From Candidatus Latescibacterota bacterium (GTDB lineage: Bacteria; Latescibacterota; UBA2968; UBA8231), in contig OZ252098.1 in NCBI GenBank assembly GCA_965248355.1, forward strand, positions 1,312,001 through 1,376,000: a DNA stretch of 64,000 nt, read 5' to 3'. The stretch's first letter is position 1, and each line of letters opens with the position of its first letter. Under the pieces are notes generated by a model. It ran no database searches, was not told the origin of the DNA, and was given only the letters and a program-made list of their open reading frames with translations. The translations under genes and the position numbers were made by a program. Below are positions 9,479-18,799 of the stretch, in pieces.

Positions 9479-10228
9479 TTGCCCGGCCTGTCCGACATCC
9501 GCAACGAGTCCCTTCGCTTCGAGATCGAGGAGTACCTGGAGAAGCCGGAGGAGATCGCGCGCTTCGTGGAGGTCTTCTCCGCCGCCCGGCCGATCCACCA
9601 GGACATGGCGGCGGCCCTGATCGAGGGCGACCATCACACCGTCGACGCCCTGGCCGTCCAGGCCCTGGAGGAGGGCATCGAGGCGCTGGAGGTGATGGAC
9701 GACGGACTCATCTCGGGCATGGGGATCGTGGGCATCAAGTTCCGGGAGAACTTCATCTTCGTGCCCGAGGTCCTCGCCTGCGCCCGGGCCATGAAGGCGG
9801 GCATGGCCCACATCGAGCCGATCCTGTCGGCCTCGGGCGTCGAGAAGGCCGGCAAGGTGGTCATGGGGACGGTGAAGGGCGACCTCCACGACATCGGCAA
9901 GAACCTTTGCATCATGATGCTGAACGGCGCCGGCTTCGACGTCATCGATCTCGGCGTCGACACCTCGGAGGACGAGTTCATCGACGCCGTGGAAGAGTCG
10001 GGGGCCCGGCTGCTGGGGATGTCGGCGCTGCTGACGACGACCATGCCCAACATGGGCAAGACCATCGAGGCCTTCATCGACGCCGACCTGCGCGACGAGG
10101 TGCAGATCATGGTCGGCGGCGCCCCGGTGACCCAGGAGTTCGCCGAGGACATGGGCGCCGACGGCTACGGCAAGGACGCCCTGGCCTGCGTCGAACTCGC
10201 CAAACAACTGACGGGCAAACCCACCTGA
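9479..10228 (+). CDS. Cobalamin-binding corrinoid protein (B12-binding cap plus B12-binding domain)
   Basis: GMGIVGIKF...FVPEVL cap, GTVKGDLHDIGKNL (DxHxxG), SALLTTTM, VGGAPVT, GADGY. Confidence 0.95.
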   Translation: MPGLSDIRNESLRFEIEEYLEKPEEIARFVEVFSAARPIHQDMAAALIEGDHHTVDALAVQALEEGIEALEVMDDGLISGMGIVGIKFRENFIFVPEVLACARAMKAGMAHIEPILSASGVEKAGKVVMGTVKGDLHDIGKNLCIMMLNGAGFDVIDLGVDTSEDEFIDAVEESGARLLGMSALLTTTMPNMGKTIEAFIDADLRDEVQIMVGGAPVTQEFAEDMGADGYGKDALACVELAKQLTGKPT

Positions 10229-10572
10229 TGACCGGGATCCCGCCCGAAGAGGTGCAGAAGCGCTTCGACCGCCTCACCGAGATCTTCGGAGAGATCGTCA
10301 ACCACGCCGACGCCCAGTCCTCGTGGCGCTGCCCGTACCGCGACCGCCACGATCTGTGCACGGCCAAGTTCCACTGCAAGAACCAGACGGCCGCCCCCGC
10401 GGGGAAGAGCACCGCCGACGGCGACCTGTCCTGCTCCCACGACGGCAGCTTCGACTACCGCAGCGCCTGGGAGTCGGACCCGCGCACCGAGGAGCGCGCC
10501 CGCCGCCGCATCGAGACCATCCGCGAGCGCGCCGCCGAAGGCCGCCAGGGGCGCCGCGGCCCCGGGCGCTGA
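10228..10572 (+). CDS. Small Cys-rich hypothetical protein (C-x8-C-x5-C-x18-C)
   Basis: TGATG coupling to the corrinoid gene. 114 aa: MTGIPPEEVQKRFDRL...RCPYRDRHDLCTAKFHCKNQ...LSCSHDG. Strong GC3 bias. Confidence 0.75.
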   Translation: MTGIPPEEVQKRFDRLTEIFGEIVNHADAQSSWRCPYRDRHDLCTAKFHCKNQTAAPAGKSTADGDLSCSHDGSFDYRSAWESDPRTEERARRRIETIRERAAEGRQGRRGPGR

Positions 10573-10590
10573 CGGCCGGTCCCCCCGGCC

Positions 10591-12249
10591 ATGGCCGTCG
10601 TCCGCGCGCCCGGCCTCGAGCCGCAACGGCTGAAGCCGGGGCGCACCCTCTTCGACTACGCCGACGACCTGCGGCTGCAGGTCCCCACCTCCTGCCTGCG
10701 CAACGGCTATTGCCACGAGTGCGTGGTCGAGATCCACGCGGGCCTGGAGGCCCTGCGCCCGCGCTCGCCGGCGGAGCGGTTCCTGCGCGACCCGTACCGC
10801 CTGGCCTGCCAGGCCCTTGTCGTGGGCGACGTGGACGTGGATTTCGAGCCCCTCCGCCGTTCGCCGCAGATCCTGTCCGAGACCCGCCCCCGCCGCATCG
10901 AGCCGGACCCCGTGGTCCGGCGGCGCGGCGACGAGGTCCTGTACGGCTGCGAGCCCGTCGACCGCTACCGCGGGCACCTCTACGGGCTGGCCATCGATCT
11001 CGGAACGACGACGATCGCCATGGATCTCGTCGACCTGGAGACGGGAGACTCGGTCTGCGTCACCTCCTTCGAGAACCCCCAGCGCTTCGGCGGCTCCGAC
11101 GTGATGCACCGCATCACCTACGACGGCGGCCCCCACCACGGGGAGCTGCAGAAGGCGGTGACCACCGCCCTCAACCACCACATCGCCGACATGGTCCATC
11201 GCCTGGGCTTCGTCCGCCAGGAGATCTACGAGATCACCGTGGCCGGCAACCCGACCATGCGCGACCTGCTCTTCCGCCTGGACGTGCAGCCCATCGGCAC
11301 GCGCCCCTACAAGTCGATGGTGGAGCGCGCCTTCCTCGACGGCGAGCGGTCCACCACGGCCTGCGTGGAGAAGTCGCGGCGCCTGGGCATCCGCGCCAAC
11401 ATCCACACCCGCGTCTACGGCCTGCCCCTGATCGCCAGCCAGGTGGGCGCCGACACCGCCGCCGATCTGGTCGCCTGCGACCTGCTGAGCGCCGAGGGGG
11501 ACGAGGTGAGCCTGCTGGTCGACGTGGGCACCAACACCGAGGTCGTCATCGCGGGAAGAGGGCGGATGGTGGCCGCCTCCTCGCCGGCGGGACCGGCCTT
11601 CGAGGGCGGGCTCGTGAGCTGCGGCATGCCGGGCTACGAGGGCGCCATCGATTCGGTGCGCATCGACGACGAGGGGGCCTTCGTCTGCACCACCATCGGG
11701 GACGCCGAGCCCCTGGGCCTCTGCGGCTCGGGCCTGGTGGATCTGCTCGCCGAGCTGCGGCGCACCGGCCGCATGTCGGAGAAGGGCGTCCTCGGGGACG
11801 GCCGCCGGCGCAACCCGCGGCTGCCGGTGGCGCCGGAGCAGGGCATCACCTTCTCCGCCGAGGACGCCAGCCACCTGGCCCAGGCCAAGGCGGCCAACTA
11901 CTGCGGCCAGTATCTTCTGCTGCGCGAGTTCGGCATCGATCCCGCCGATATCTCCCGGCTGTACCTGGCCGGGGGCTTCGCCAACTACGTCGACGCGGCC
12001 AACGCCGTGGCCATCGGCTTCCTGGCGCCGGTGCCGGCGGAGCGCATCGTCAAGGTCGGCAACGCCGCCCTCCAGGGCGCCCGCGAGGTGCTCCTCAGCC
12101 GCGGCCGGCGCCGGCGGCTGGAGGCGGCCGTGGCCCGCATCGAGCACGTGGAGCTGGAGACGGTGCCCGAGTTCTTCGACGCCTTCGTCGACGGCTGCAT
12201 GTTCCGGCCCATGCCCTCCCGGGTCCTGAACCGACAGGATGCCCCTTGA
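10591..12249 (+). CDS. ASKHA-domain reductive activator of corrinoid proteins (RACo/RamA-like) with N-terminal [2Fe-2S] domain
   Basis: SCLRNGYCHEC...RLACQA ferredoxin motif, AIDLGTTT, VDVGTNTE, AGPAFEG, GLCGSG, LAGGF, GNAAL. Confidence 0.93.
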   Translation: MAVVRAPGLEPQRLKPGRTLFDYADDLRLQVPTSCLRNGYCHECVVEIHAGLEALRPRSPAERFLRDPYRLACQALVVGDVDVDFEPLRRSPQILSETRPRRIEPDPVVRRRGDEVLYGCEPVDRYRGHLYGLAIDLGTTTIAMDLVDLETGDSVCVTSFENPQRFGGSDVMHRITYDGGPHHGELQKAVTTALNHHIADMVHRLGFVRQEIYEITVAGNPTMRDLLFRLDVQPIGTRPYKSMVERAFLDGERSTTACVEKSRRLGIRANIHTRVYGLPLIASQVGADTAADLVACDLLSAEGDEVSLLVDVGTNTEVVIAGRGRMVAASSPAGPAFEGGLVSCGMPGYEGAIDSVRIDDEGAFVCTTIGDAEPLGLCGSGLVDLLAELRRTGRMSEKGVLGDGRRRNPRLPVAPEQGITFSAEDASHLAQAKAANYCGQYLLLREFGIDPADISRLYLAGGFANYVDAANAVAIGFLAPVPAERIVKVGNAALQGAREVLLSRGRRRRLEAAVARIEHVELETVPEFFDAFVDGCMFRPMPSRVLNRQDAP

Positions 12250-13268
12250 AGAGCTTTTCCGAACGACTGCAAGAGCCCCGGCCCGTCCTCTTCGACGGCG
12301 GCTTCGGCACGCAGCTCTTCGCCCGCGGCGTCGAGCTGCCCAACAGCGCCCTGGCCAACGCCCATCACGCCGACACCGTGGTCGACGTACATCGAGCCTA
12401 CATCGAGGCCGGCTCGGAGATGATCGAGACGAACACCTTCGTCGCCTCCGCCCTGCACCTGGAGATGGCCCAGGCCGGCGATCTCTCCGCCGGGGAGCTG
12501 GCCAGGCTCGCCGCCGGACACGCCCGGCGGGCCGTCGAGGAGAGCGGCCGGGAGGTGTTCGTGGCCGGTTCCCTCGGACCCTCTCCCGGGGCGATCGAGG
12601 CCGACGCCGGCGACACCGACTTCGGGATCGCCGACGACAAGGTCCGGGCCGCCCACCAGGAGGTGGCCGAGGGCCTGGCCGACGCCGGCGTCGACCTGCT
12701 CCTCGTGGAGACCATGTTCTCGGCCCGGGAAGCGGCCATCGCCGTCGACGTGGCCCGGGGGTTCGGACTGCCCGTCGCCCTCTGCCTGACCTACAAGTTC
12801 ACCCAGGACCGCAGGACGAAGCAGGTCATCTACCGCACCGACTGGGGCCACTCCCCCGCCGACGCCGTGGAGATCCTCGGCTCCGGGGAGCACTCCGGCG
12901 GCGACGACCTGCTGCCCTCCATCGACCTCCTCGGCCTCAACTGCGGCGCCGAGTCCGTCCGCGAGAAGCACTCCGGCATGGCCTACGCCATCGAGGGCAC
13001 GAGGCAGACCGCCGAGGCTCTCGCCGAGCGGGGCCTGACCGGCATCCGCCTGGCCGCCTTTCCGAACGCGGGCCTGCCGAAGATGGACCGGCAGACCCGG
13101 CTGACCTACTACCTGCAGGGACCGGAGGTGATGATCGCGAGCCTCGACGAGCTCCGGCGGGCGGGCGCCTGGCTCATCGGCGGCTGCTGCGGCACCACCC
13201 CCGACCACATCCGCGCCTTCCGGGAAGGCCTCGACGGCGGGGCCGGCCCGGGAGGGTCCGATGACTGA
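12246..13268 (+). CDS. Stand-alone homocysteine S-methyltransferase (MetH Hcy-binding domain)
   Basis: TTGA overlap with the RACo gene. LFDGGFGTQL, H..YIEAGS, ETNTF, GSLGP, ETM, GLNC, PNAG and GGCCGTTPDHI zinc ligands. Confidence 0.92.
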   Translation: MKSFSERLQEPRPVLFDGGFGTQLFARGVELPNSALANAHHADTVVDVHRAYIEAGSEMIETNTFVASALHLEMAQAGDLSAGELARLAAGHARRAVEESGREVFVAGSLGPSPGAIEADAGDTDFGIADDKVRAAHQEVAEGLADAGVDLLLVETMFSAREAAIAVDVARGFGLPVALCLTYKFTQDRRTKQVIYRTDWGHSPADAVEILGSGEHSGGDDLLPSIDLLGLNCGAESVREKHSGMAYAIEGTRQTAEALAERGLTGIRLAAFPNAGLPKMDRQTRLTYYLQGPEVMIASLDELRRAGAWLIGGCCGTTPDHIRAFREGLDGGAGPGGSDD

Positions 13269-13530
13269 GTACCAGATCCTCTACTGGCGGGACATCCCCG
13301 CCCAGGTCCGCGTCTTCACGAGTCGGCGCCCCCTCTCCCGGCCGCTGCCCGAGCGCTTCCAGCAGGCCATCGACCGCGCCGCCATGGCCGAGGGTCTGGC
13401 CGGCACCGACGACTACCTGGCCCAGTGGCGGTGGACGGAGAGGCGCAGCGGCGACGGGGAGCCCGAGGAGCTGCTCCATCGCCTGATCGAGGAACTGGCG
13501 GCCGCGTACGACGCCGCCAACCCGGCCTGA
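13261..13530 (+). CDS. 'Virulence_fact' (CvfC-like) domain small protein
   Basis: YWRDIPAQV...[14 protein letters not shown]...TDDYLAQWR signature. This family is commonly found beside split methionine-synthase genes. Confidence 0.8.
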   Translation: MTEYQILYWRDIPAQVRVFTSRRPLSRPLPERFQQAIDRAAMAEGLAGTDDYLAQWRWTERRSGDGEPEELLHRLIEELAAAYDAANPA

Positions 13531-13534
13531 AGCC

Positions 13535-15478
13535 GTGGCCACGACCTATCCCAAGACCTACGAGACGATCGTCGTCGGCGGCGGCCACGCCGGCACCGAG
13601 GCGGCCCTGGCGGCGGCCCGCATGGGCGCCGAGACCCTGCTGGTGACGATGAACCTCGACACCATCGGCCAGATGTCCTGCAACCCCGCCATCGGCGGCA
13701 TCGGCAAGGGCCACATGGTCAAGGAGATCGACGCCCTCGGCGGCCAGATGGGGATCAACACCGACCTGTCGGGCATCCAGTTCCGGCGCCTGAACACCCG
13801 CCGGGGCCCCGCGGTGCGCGCCACCCGGGCCCAGTGCGACAAGAAGGCCTATCAGCTCGAGTTGAAGTACGCCTGCGAAGGCCAGCCCCGCCTCGACGTG
13901 CGCCAGGGGACGATGGAGAGCCTGCTGGTGGAGGACGGCGCCGTGGGCGGCATCGGCGTCAAGGGCGGCATCGTCTACTCCGGACGCACCGTCATCCTGA
14001 CGACCGGCACCTTTCTGCGCGGCAAGATCCACGTGGGCGACTACCAGTACGCCGCGGGGCGCGCCGGGGAGAGCTCCGCCGACCGGGCCGCGGAGGGGCT
14101 CGCCCGGCTGGGGTTCCGTATCGGCCGCCTGAAGACGGGCACGCCGCCTCGCGTCAACGGCCGCACCATCGACTTCCCGGCCCTGGAGCCGCAGCCCGGG
14201 GACGAGCCGCCGCCCACCTTCTCCAGCCGCACCGAGGGCCCCGCCCTGCCCCAGGTCCCCTGCTGGATCACCTACACCCACGCCGGGACGCACCAACTGA
14301 TCCGGGACAACCTGCAGCGCTCCGCCATGTACTCGGGGCGCATCGAGGGGGTGGGACCTCGCTACTGCCCGTCCATCGAGGACAAGGTCGTGCGCTTCGC
14401 CGGCCGCGACCGCCACCAGATCTTCGTCGAGCCCGAGGGCCTGCGCACTCACGAGCACTACATCAACGGCCTCTCCATGAGCCTGCCCGAGGAGGTGCAG
14501 CTGCCCGTCCTGCGTTCCCTGCCCGGCCTGGAGCGGGCCGAGATGATGCGGCCCGCCTACGCCGTCGAGTACGACTACGCCGAGCCGACGCAGCTGCACC
14601 CCACCCTCGAGACCAAGCGCGTGGCGGGGCTGTTCTTCGCCGGCCAGATCAACGGCACCACCGGCTACGAGGAAGCCGGCGCCCAGGGGCTGATGGCCGG
14701 GATCAACGCCGTGCTGAAGGCCCGCGGCGAGGAGGCCTTCGTCCTCGACCGCTCCCAGGCCTATATCGGGGTGCTCATCGACGACCTGGTGACCAAGGGA
14801 ACGACCGAGCCCTACCGGATCTTCACCTCGCGGGCCGAGTTCCGGCTGCTGCTGCGCGAGGACAACGCCGACGAGCGGCTCATGGAACACGGGCGCCGCT
14901 TGGGCATCGTCGACGACGAAACCTGGCGGCGCTACGAGGGCAAGCGCGCCAGCATCACCGCCGAGATCGAGCGCCTGGAGTCGCAGCGCCTGCCCCTCGG
15001 GGAGGGCGTCGACGAGCTTCTTCGGGAGCGGGAGACGGCGCCGGTGCGCGAGCCTCCCCTGCTGCGGGACCTGCTCCGGCGGCCCCAGCTTCGCTATGCC
15101 GACATCGCCGCCCTGGCCCCTCCCGAGCGCCCGCTGACGCCGGAGGCGGGGGAGTGCGTGGAAGCGCACGTCAAGTACGCCGGGTACATCGACCGCCAGG
15201 CCGATGAGGTGGCGCGGCTGCGGCGCATGGAGTCCCTGCGGATCCCGGAGGACTTCGACTACGACGCGGAGGCGCGCCAGCTCTCCTCGGAGGCGCGCCA
15301 GAAGCTCGGCCGCGTGCGGCCCCGCTCCCTCGGGCAGGCGTCGCGCATCTCGGGCGTCTCCCCCGCCGACGTCTCGTCGCTGATGGTCCTCCTCAAGGCG
15401 CGGAGGCGGCCGCCGCCGGCTGCTCCCGCCCCTTCACCTTCCGCACCCGGGAGTCCCCGCTCAGCAGCCAGCGGCTGA
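13535..15478 (+). CDS. mnmG: tRNA uridine-5-carboxymethylaminomethyl(34) synthesis enzyme
   Basis: [49 protein letters not shown]. Confidence 0.98.
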   Translation: MATTYPKTYETIVVGGGHAGTEAALAAARMGAETLLVTMNLDTIGQMSCNPAIGGIGKGHMVKEIDALGGQMGINTDLSGIQFRRLNTRRGPAVRATRAQCDKKAYQLELKYACEGQPRLDVRQGTMESLLVEDGAVGGIGVKGGIVYSGRTVILTTGTFLRGKIHVGDYQYAAGRAGESSADRAAEGLARLGFRIGRLKTGTPPRVNGRTIDFPALEPQPGDEPPPTFSSRTEGPALPQVPCWITYTHAGTHQLIRDNLQRSAMYSGRIEGVGPRYCPSIEDKVVRFAGRDRHQIFVEPEGLRTHEHYINGLSMSLPEEVQLPVLRSLPGLERAEMMRPAYAVEYDYAEPTQLHPTLETKRVAGLFFAGQINGTTGYEEAGAQGLMAGINAVLKARGEEAFVLDRSQAYIGVLIDDLVTKGTTEPYRIFTSRAEFRLLLREDNADERLMEHGRRLGIVDDETWRRYEGKRASITAEIERLESQRLPLGEGVDELLRERETAPVREPPLLRDLLRRPQLRYADIAALAPPERPLTPEAGECVEAHVKYAGYIDRQADEVARLRRMESLRIPEDFDYDAEARQLSSEARQKLGRVRPRSLGQASRISGVSPADVSSLMVLLKARRRPPPAAPAPSPSAPGSPRSAASG

Positions 15479-16544
15479 TGGCGCCGTCGTCGTGCAGGTC
15501 GGCGGCCTCCTCGACCCAGGCCTCGTACCCGTGCTCCGCCGCCTCGATCACCGGCGGCCACCGGAAGCCGGCCAGCGGCCGGGGTGCGAGGCCGAGGCTC
15601 TCCGGCTCGGCGGCGTAGGCCAGCCCCTTCCGGGCGCGGAGCCGCTGCCGCCAGTAGATCTCCCGCAGCAGGCGGATGGCCCCGTCCTCCGGAGGCAGCT
15701 CGAACTCTTCGCCTTCGGCCCCAAGGGTCACCACCCGGTCGACGAAGCGCACGTAGCCCCACTGCTCCGGGTAGTGCATGTTGATCAGGCCCTGGGGCGA
15801 CCAGACCCAGTTGTCCTCGCCCTCGCCCGGGATCTTCACGTATCCCTCACCGTCCTCGGCGGGCTCGACGCGCCACTCCACGCGCGAGAAGTTGACCCGC
15901 CAGATGTCGCCGTCCTCGGGGGGCACGGCCGTGCGGCTCGGGCGCCGCAGCCCCTCCCAGGGAAAGGCGACCTCCACCGACCAGCCCTCGTCCACGTCCC
16001 GGGGCTGGTTGATCGTGCCGTAGACCCGGACCCCGGTGCGCAGGCCGGGCAGGTCCCAGGCGTGCACGGGCGGCCCTCCGTCGCGGTAGGGCCGCACCAG
16101 CAGCAGGTCCCACTCGGTGCCGAAGGCGTTGACCTCGTACTCGAAGTAGTTGTGGGTGTCCCAGTCGGGGTCGATGAAGACCTCGAAGTCGTTGTCGTGG
16201 AAGATGACGGCGTCGCGCTCGGTGAGGGTGGCCCAGACCTGGGGCTCCTCCAGCAAGGCGGCCACGTAGAAGCGGCCCTCGTCCCACAGCATCTTGGCCC
16301 GCGTGCGCAGGCGTGGGGGAGGCTTGAGGTCGCCCTCGATGTCGACGAAGAGCTGGGTCCAGGGGGCGTGCTGCCACGAAGGCTCGTCCAGGGACCCGTC
16401 GATTGTGAGGGCTCCGGCGGCGCGGAAGGCCGTGTACCGCTGGGGCTCGATGCCGGCCAGGTGCTCCGGATCCGGTTGCGCGGCCAGGGCCGTCGCCGTC
16501 AGCGCCTGGGCGAGGAGAACGCGTCGGAAACCACCCCTGGCCAT
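15393..16544 (-). CDS. Secreted CBM9-like (carbohydrate-binding family 9) protein
   Basis: AGGAG RBS, signal peptide, [53 protein letters not shown]. Confidence 0.85.
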   Translation of the reverse strand: MARGGFRRVLLAQALTATALAAQPDPEHLAGIEPQRYTAFRAAGALTIDGSLDEPSWQHAPWTQLFVDIEGDLKPPPRLRTRAKMLWDEGRFYVAALLEEPQVWATLTERDAVIFHDNDFEVFIDPDWDTHNYFEYEVNAFGTEWDLLLVRPYRDGGPPVHAWDLPGLRTGVRVYGTINQPRDVDEGWSVEVAFPWEGLRRPSRTAVPPEDGDIWRVNFSRVEWRVEPAEDGEGYVKIPGEGEDNWVWSPQGLINMHYPEQWGYVRFVDRVVTLGAEGEEFELPPEDGAIRLLREIYWRQRLRARKGLAYAAEPESLGLAPRPLAGFRWPPVIEAAEHGYEAWVEEAADLHDDGAISRWLLSGDSRVRKVKGREQPAAAASAP

Positions 16545-16649
16545 CTCATCCATCTCCTGTTGCGAGGTTCGGGCGGAGCCCCGTATACTACGCCTTTTCC
16601 GCGGCCCCCCCCAACGAGGGCCGTCCACTCGATAACAAGGCAAGACCGC

Positions 16650-17297
16650 TTGCAGTTGATCCTGCTCGGGGCCCCCGGCTCCGGCAAGGGCACCCAGGCC
16701 CGCAGGCTGGAGGAGGGCTACGGGATCCTCCACATCTCCACCGGCGACATGCTGCGCGAGGCCGCGGGCGGCGGCACCGATCTCGGCGCCCTGATCGAAG
16801 ACCACCTGCGCCGCGGGCGGCTGGTCCCCGATGCCCACGTCCTGACGCTGGTGGAGGAACGTCTCGGCCGGGGGGACCTGGACCGCGGCTTCACCCTCGA
16901 CGGCTATCCCCGCACCCGCCGGCAGGTGGACGACTTCGAGAAGCTCATGGAGGCCCTCGGGCGCAACCTCGACGCCGCCCTCAACATCGACGTCCCCGAC
17001 GAGATCGTCATCGAACGCCTCTCCAGCCGGCGCATCGACCCGCAGACCGGCCGGGTCTACAACCTGGGCCTCGAAGACGACCCGCCGCCGGAGGTCGCCG
17101 GCCGCCTCTCCCAACGCAACGACGATGGTCCCCGCGTCATCCGCCAGCGCCTCGAGACCTACCACGCCGAGACCGAGGCCCTCATCGCGCACTACCGGCG
17201 CACCGGGCAGCTCATCGAGATCGACGGCGCCCGGCCCCCGTCGGAGGTCTTCGCCGCCATCCAGCAGGGGCTGGAGGCGGTCCTCCAGAGCCGCTGA
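16650..17297 (+). CDS. adk: Adenylate kinase
   Basis: TTG start, LLGAPGSGKGTQA P-loop, HISTGDMLR, LDGYPR, QRNDD. Confidence 0.96.
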   Translation: MQLILLGAPGSGKGTQARRLEEGYGILHISTGDMLREAAGGGTDLGALIEDHLRRGRLVPDAHVLTLVEERLGRGDLDRGFTLDGYPRTRRQVDDFEKLMEALGRNLDAALNIDVPDEIVIERLSSRRIDPQTGRVYNLGLEDDPPPEVAGRLSQRNDDGPRVIRQRLETYHAETEALIAHYRRTGQLIEIDGARPPSEVFAAIQQGLEAVLQSR

Positions 17298-17299
17298 CC

Positions 17300-17632
17300 T
17301 TGTCCAGAACCGACCTGATCTCCCTGTACAAGAGCGGTCTGGCCAAGTACGCCGGGCAGGACTTCCCGGGGGCGAGGGTCGACTTCGAGAAGGCCCTGGA
17401 GCTCGACCCCGACTTCGGCGACCTCCACCACTCCCTGGCCCACGTGCTCGAGAAACTGGGAGACCTCGACGGCGCTCTGGCCAGCGCCCGGCGGGCCGTG
17501 GAGCTGTCCCCGGACGAGGTCCTGACCCACACGAGCCTCTCCGTGATCTACATGCGCAAGGGGATGATCCCGGAGGCCGAGGCCGAGAAAGCCCTGGCCA
17601 CCGATCTGCAGCGCCGCCAGGACGGGGCCTGA
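17300..17632 (+). CDS. Tetratricopeptide repeat protein
   Basis: Two to three TPR motifs (FEKALELDPD, ARRAVELSPD). Confidence 0.85.
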   Translation: MSRTDLISLYKSGLAKYAGQDFPGARVDFEKALELDPDFGDLHHSLAHVLEKLGDLDGALASARRAVELSPDEVLTHTSLSVIYMRKGMIPEAEAEKALATDLQRRQDGA

Positions 17633-17655
17633 GCCCTCTCCCTCCCCGCGCCGCC

Positions 17656-18726
17656 ATGGCCACGGCCGCCGGTCCGCCCGCCTTCCACATCGGCCCTTAC
17701 CCGCTGCACCCCCTGCGTCCGGGGATGCCGGTGCTGGCCCTGGCGCCCCTGGCCGGCGTCGGCAACTGGGTCTTCCGCCTGATCTGCGCCCGCCTCGGGG
17801 CGCGCCTCGTGGGCGTGGAGTTCATCAACTGCCGCATCGTGCACCAGGCCGGCATCCGGGTCGAGCGCCTGCTCGACTTCTCCGACGCCGACGTGTACCG
17901 GCGCACGGGGATCAGTTTGCTGGCGGCCCAGATCTACGGCAACGACATCCCCATGATGGCCGAGGGCGCCCGCGAGCTGGAGCGGCGCGGCGCCCAGATC
18001 GTGGACATCAACTTCGGCTGCTCGGTGCCGCAGATCGTGCGCAAGGGGAGCTGCGCCGCCTTCCTGCGCGACCTGCCCCGGTTCTACGAGGCGGTGGCGG
18101 CCACCGTGGAGGCGGTGAGCGTGCCGGTCATGGTCAAGACCCGGATCGGCTGGGACGACGACTCCATCAACGTTGTCGAGATCGTCCGCCAGGCCCAGGC
18201 CGCCGGGGCCCGGGCGATCGCCATCCACGCCCGCACGGTGATGCAGAAGTACGACGGCGCGGCGCGCTGGGAGTGGCTGAAGACCGCCTGCGAGGCGGCC
18301 GAGGTGCCGGTCTTCGGAAACGGCGACGTGCGCCGCTACGACGACGCCCTGGCCATGGTGGAGCGCACCGGCTGCGACGGCGTCATGATCGGCCGGGCGG
18401 CCATGGCCAACCCCTGGATCTTCTCGGCCCGAGTCGGAGCCAACCTGGCGGAGCGCATCGAGCTGGCCGCCGACCAGGTGCGCTGGATGGCCCGCTACAA
18501 GGGCGAGACCGTCGGCGTCAAGGAGACCCGCAAGCACCTGGCCCTCTACTTCCGGGACCTCCACCGGGAGTCCCGCGAGCGCCGCCGGCTGCTGACCACC
18601 GAAACCCTCGGGGAGCTGCAGGCCTTCCTGGAGAGCTGGCGCCAGGCCCTGGACAGCGACCCGGAGCGGGACCTCTCCCTCAGCGCCTCCGAGGCCAACC
18701 GCCTGGCCTGGAGCGGCACCGGATGA
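17656..18726 (+). CDS. dusB: tRNA-dihydrouridine synthase (DusB-like)
   Basis: LAPLAGV, DINFGC, VKTRIGWD, IHART, GNGDV, GVMIGRAA. Confidence 0.88.
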   Translation: MATAAGPPAFHIGPYPLHPLRPGMPVLALAPLAGVGNWVFRLICARLGARLVGVEFINCRIVHQAGIRVERLLDFSDADVYRRTGISLLAAQIYGNDIPMMAEGARELERRGAQIVDINFGCSVPQIVRKGSCAAFLRDLPRFYEAVAATVEAVSVPVMVKTRIGWDDDSINVVEIVRQAQAAGARAIAIHARTVMQKYDGAARWEWLKTACEAAEVPVFGNGDVRRYDDALAMVERTGCDGVMIGRAAMANPWIFSARVGANLAERIELAADQVRWMARYKGETVGVKETRKHLALYFRDLHRESRERRRLLTTETLGELQAFLESWRQALDSDPERDLSLSASEANRLAWSGTG

Positions 18727-18799
18727 ACCCGCACCCAGGCAAGACCCTACCCGACCCCCTGCCCATCCGGTTGCCGCCGGAGGAGGAGATGGCCTTCCC

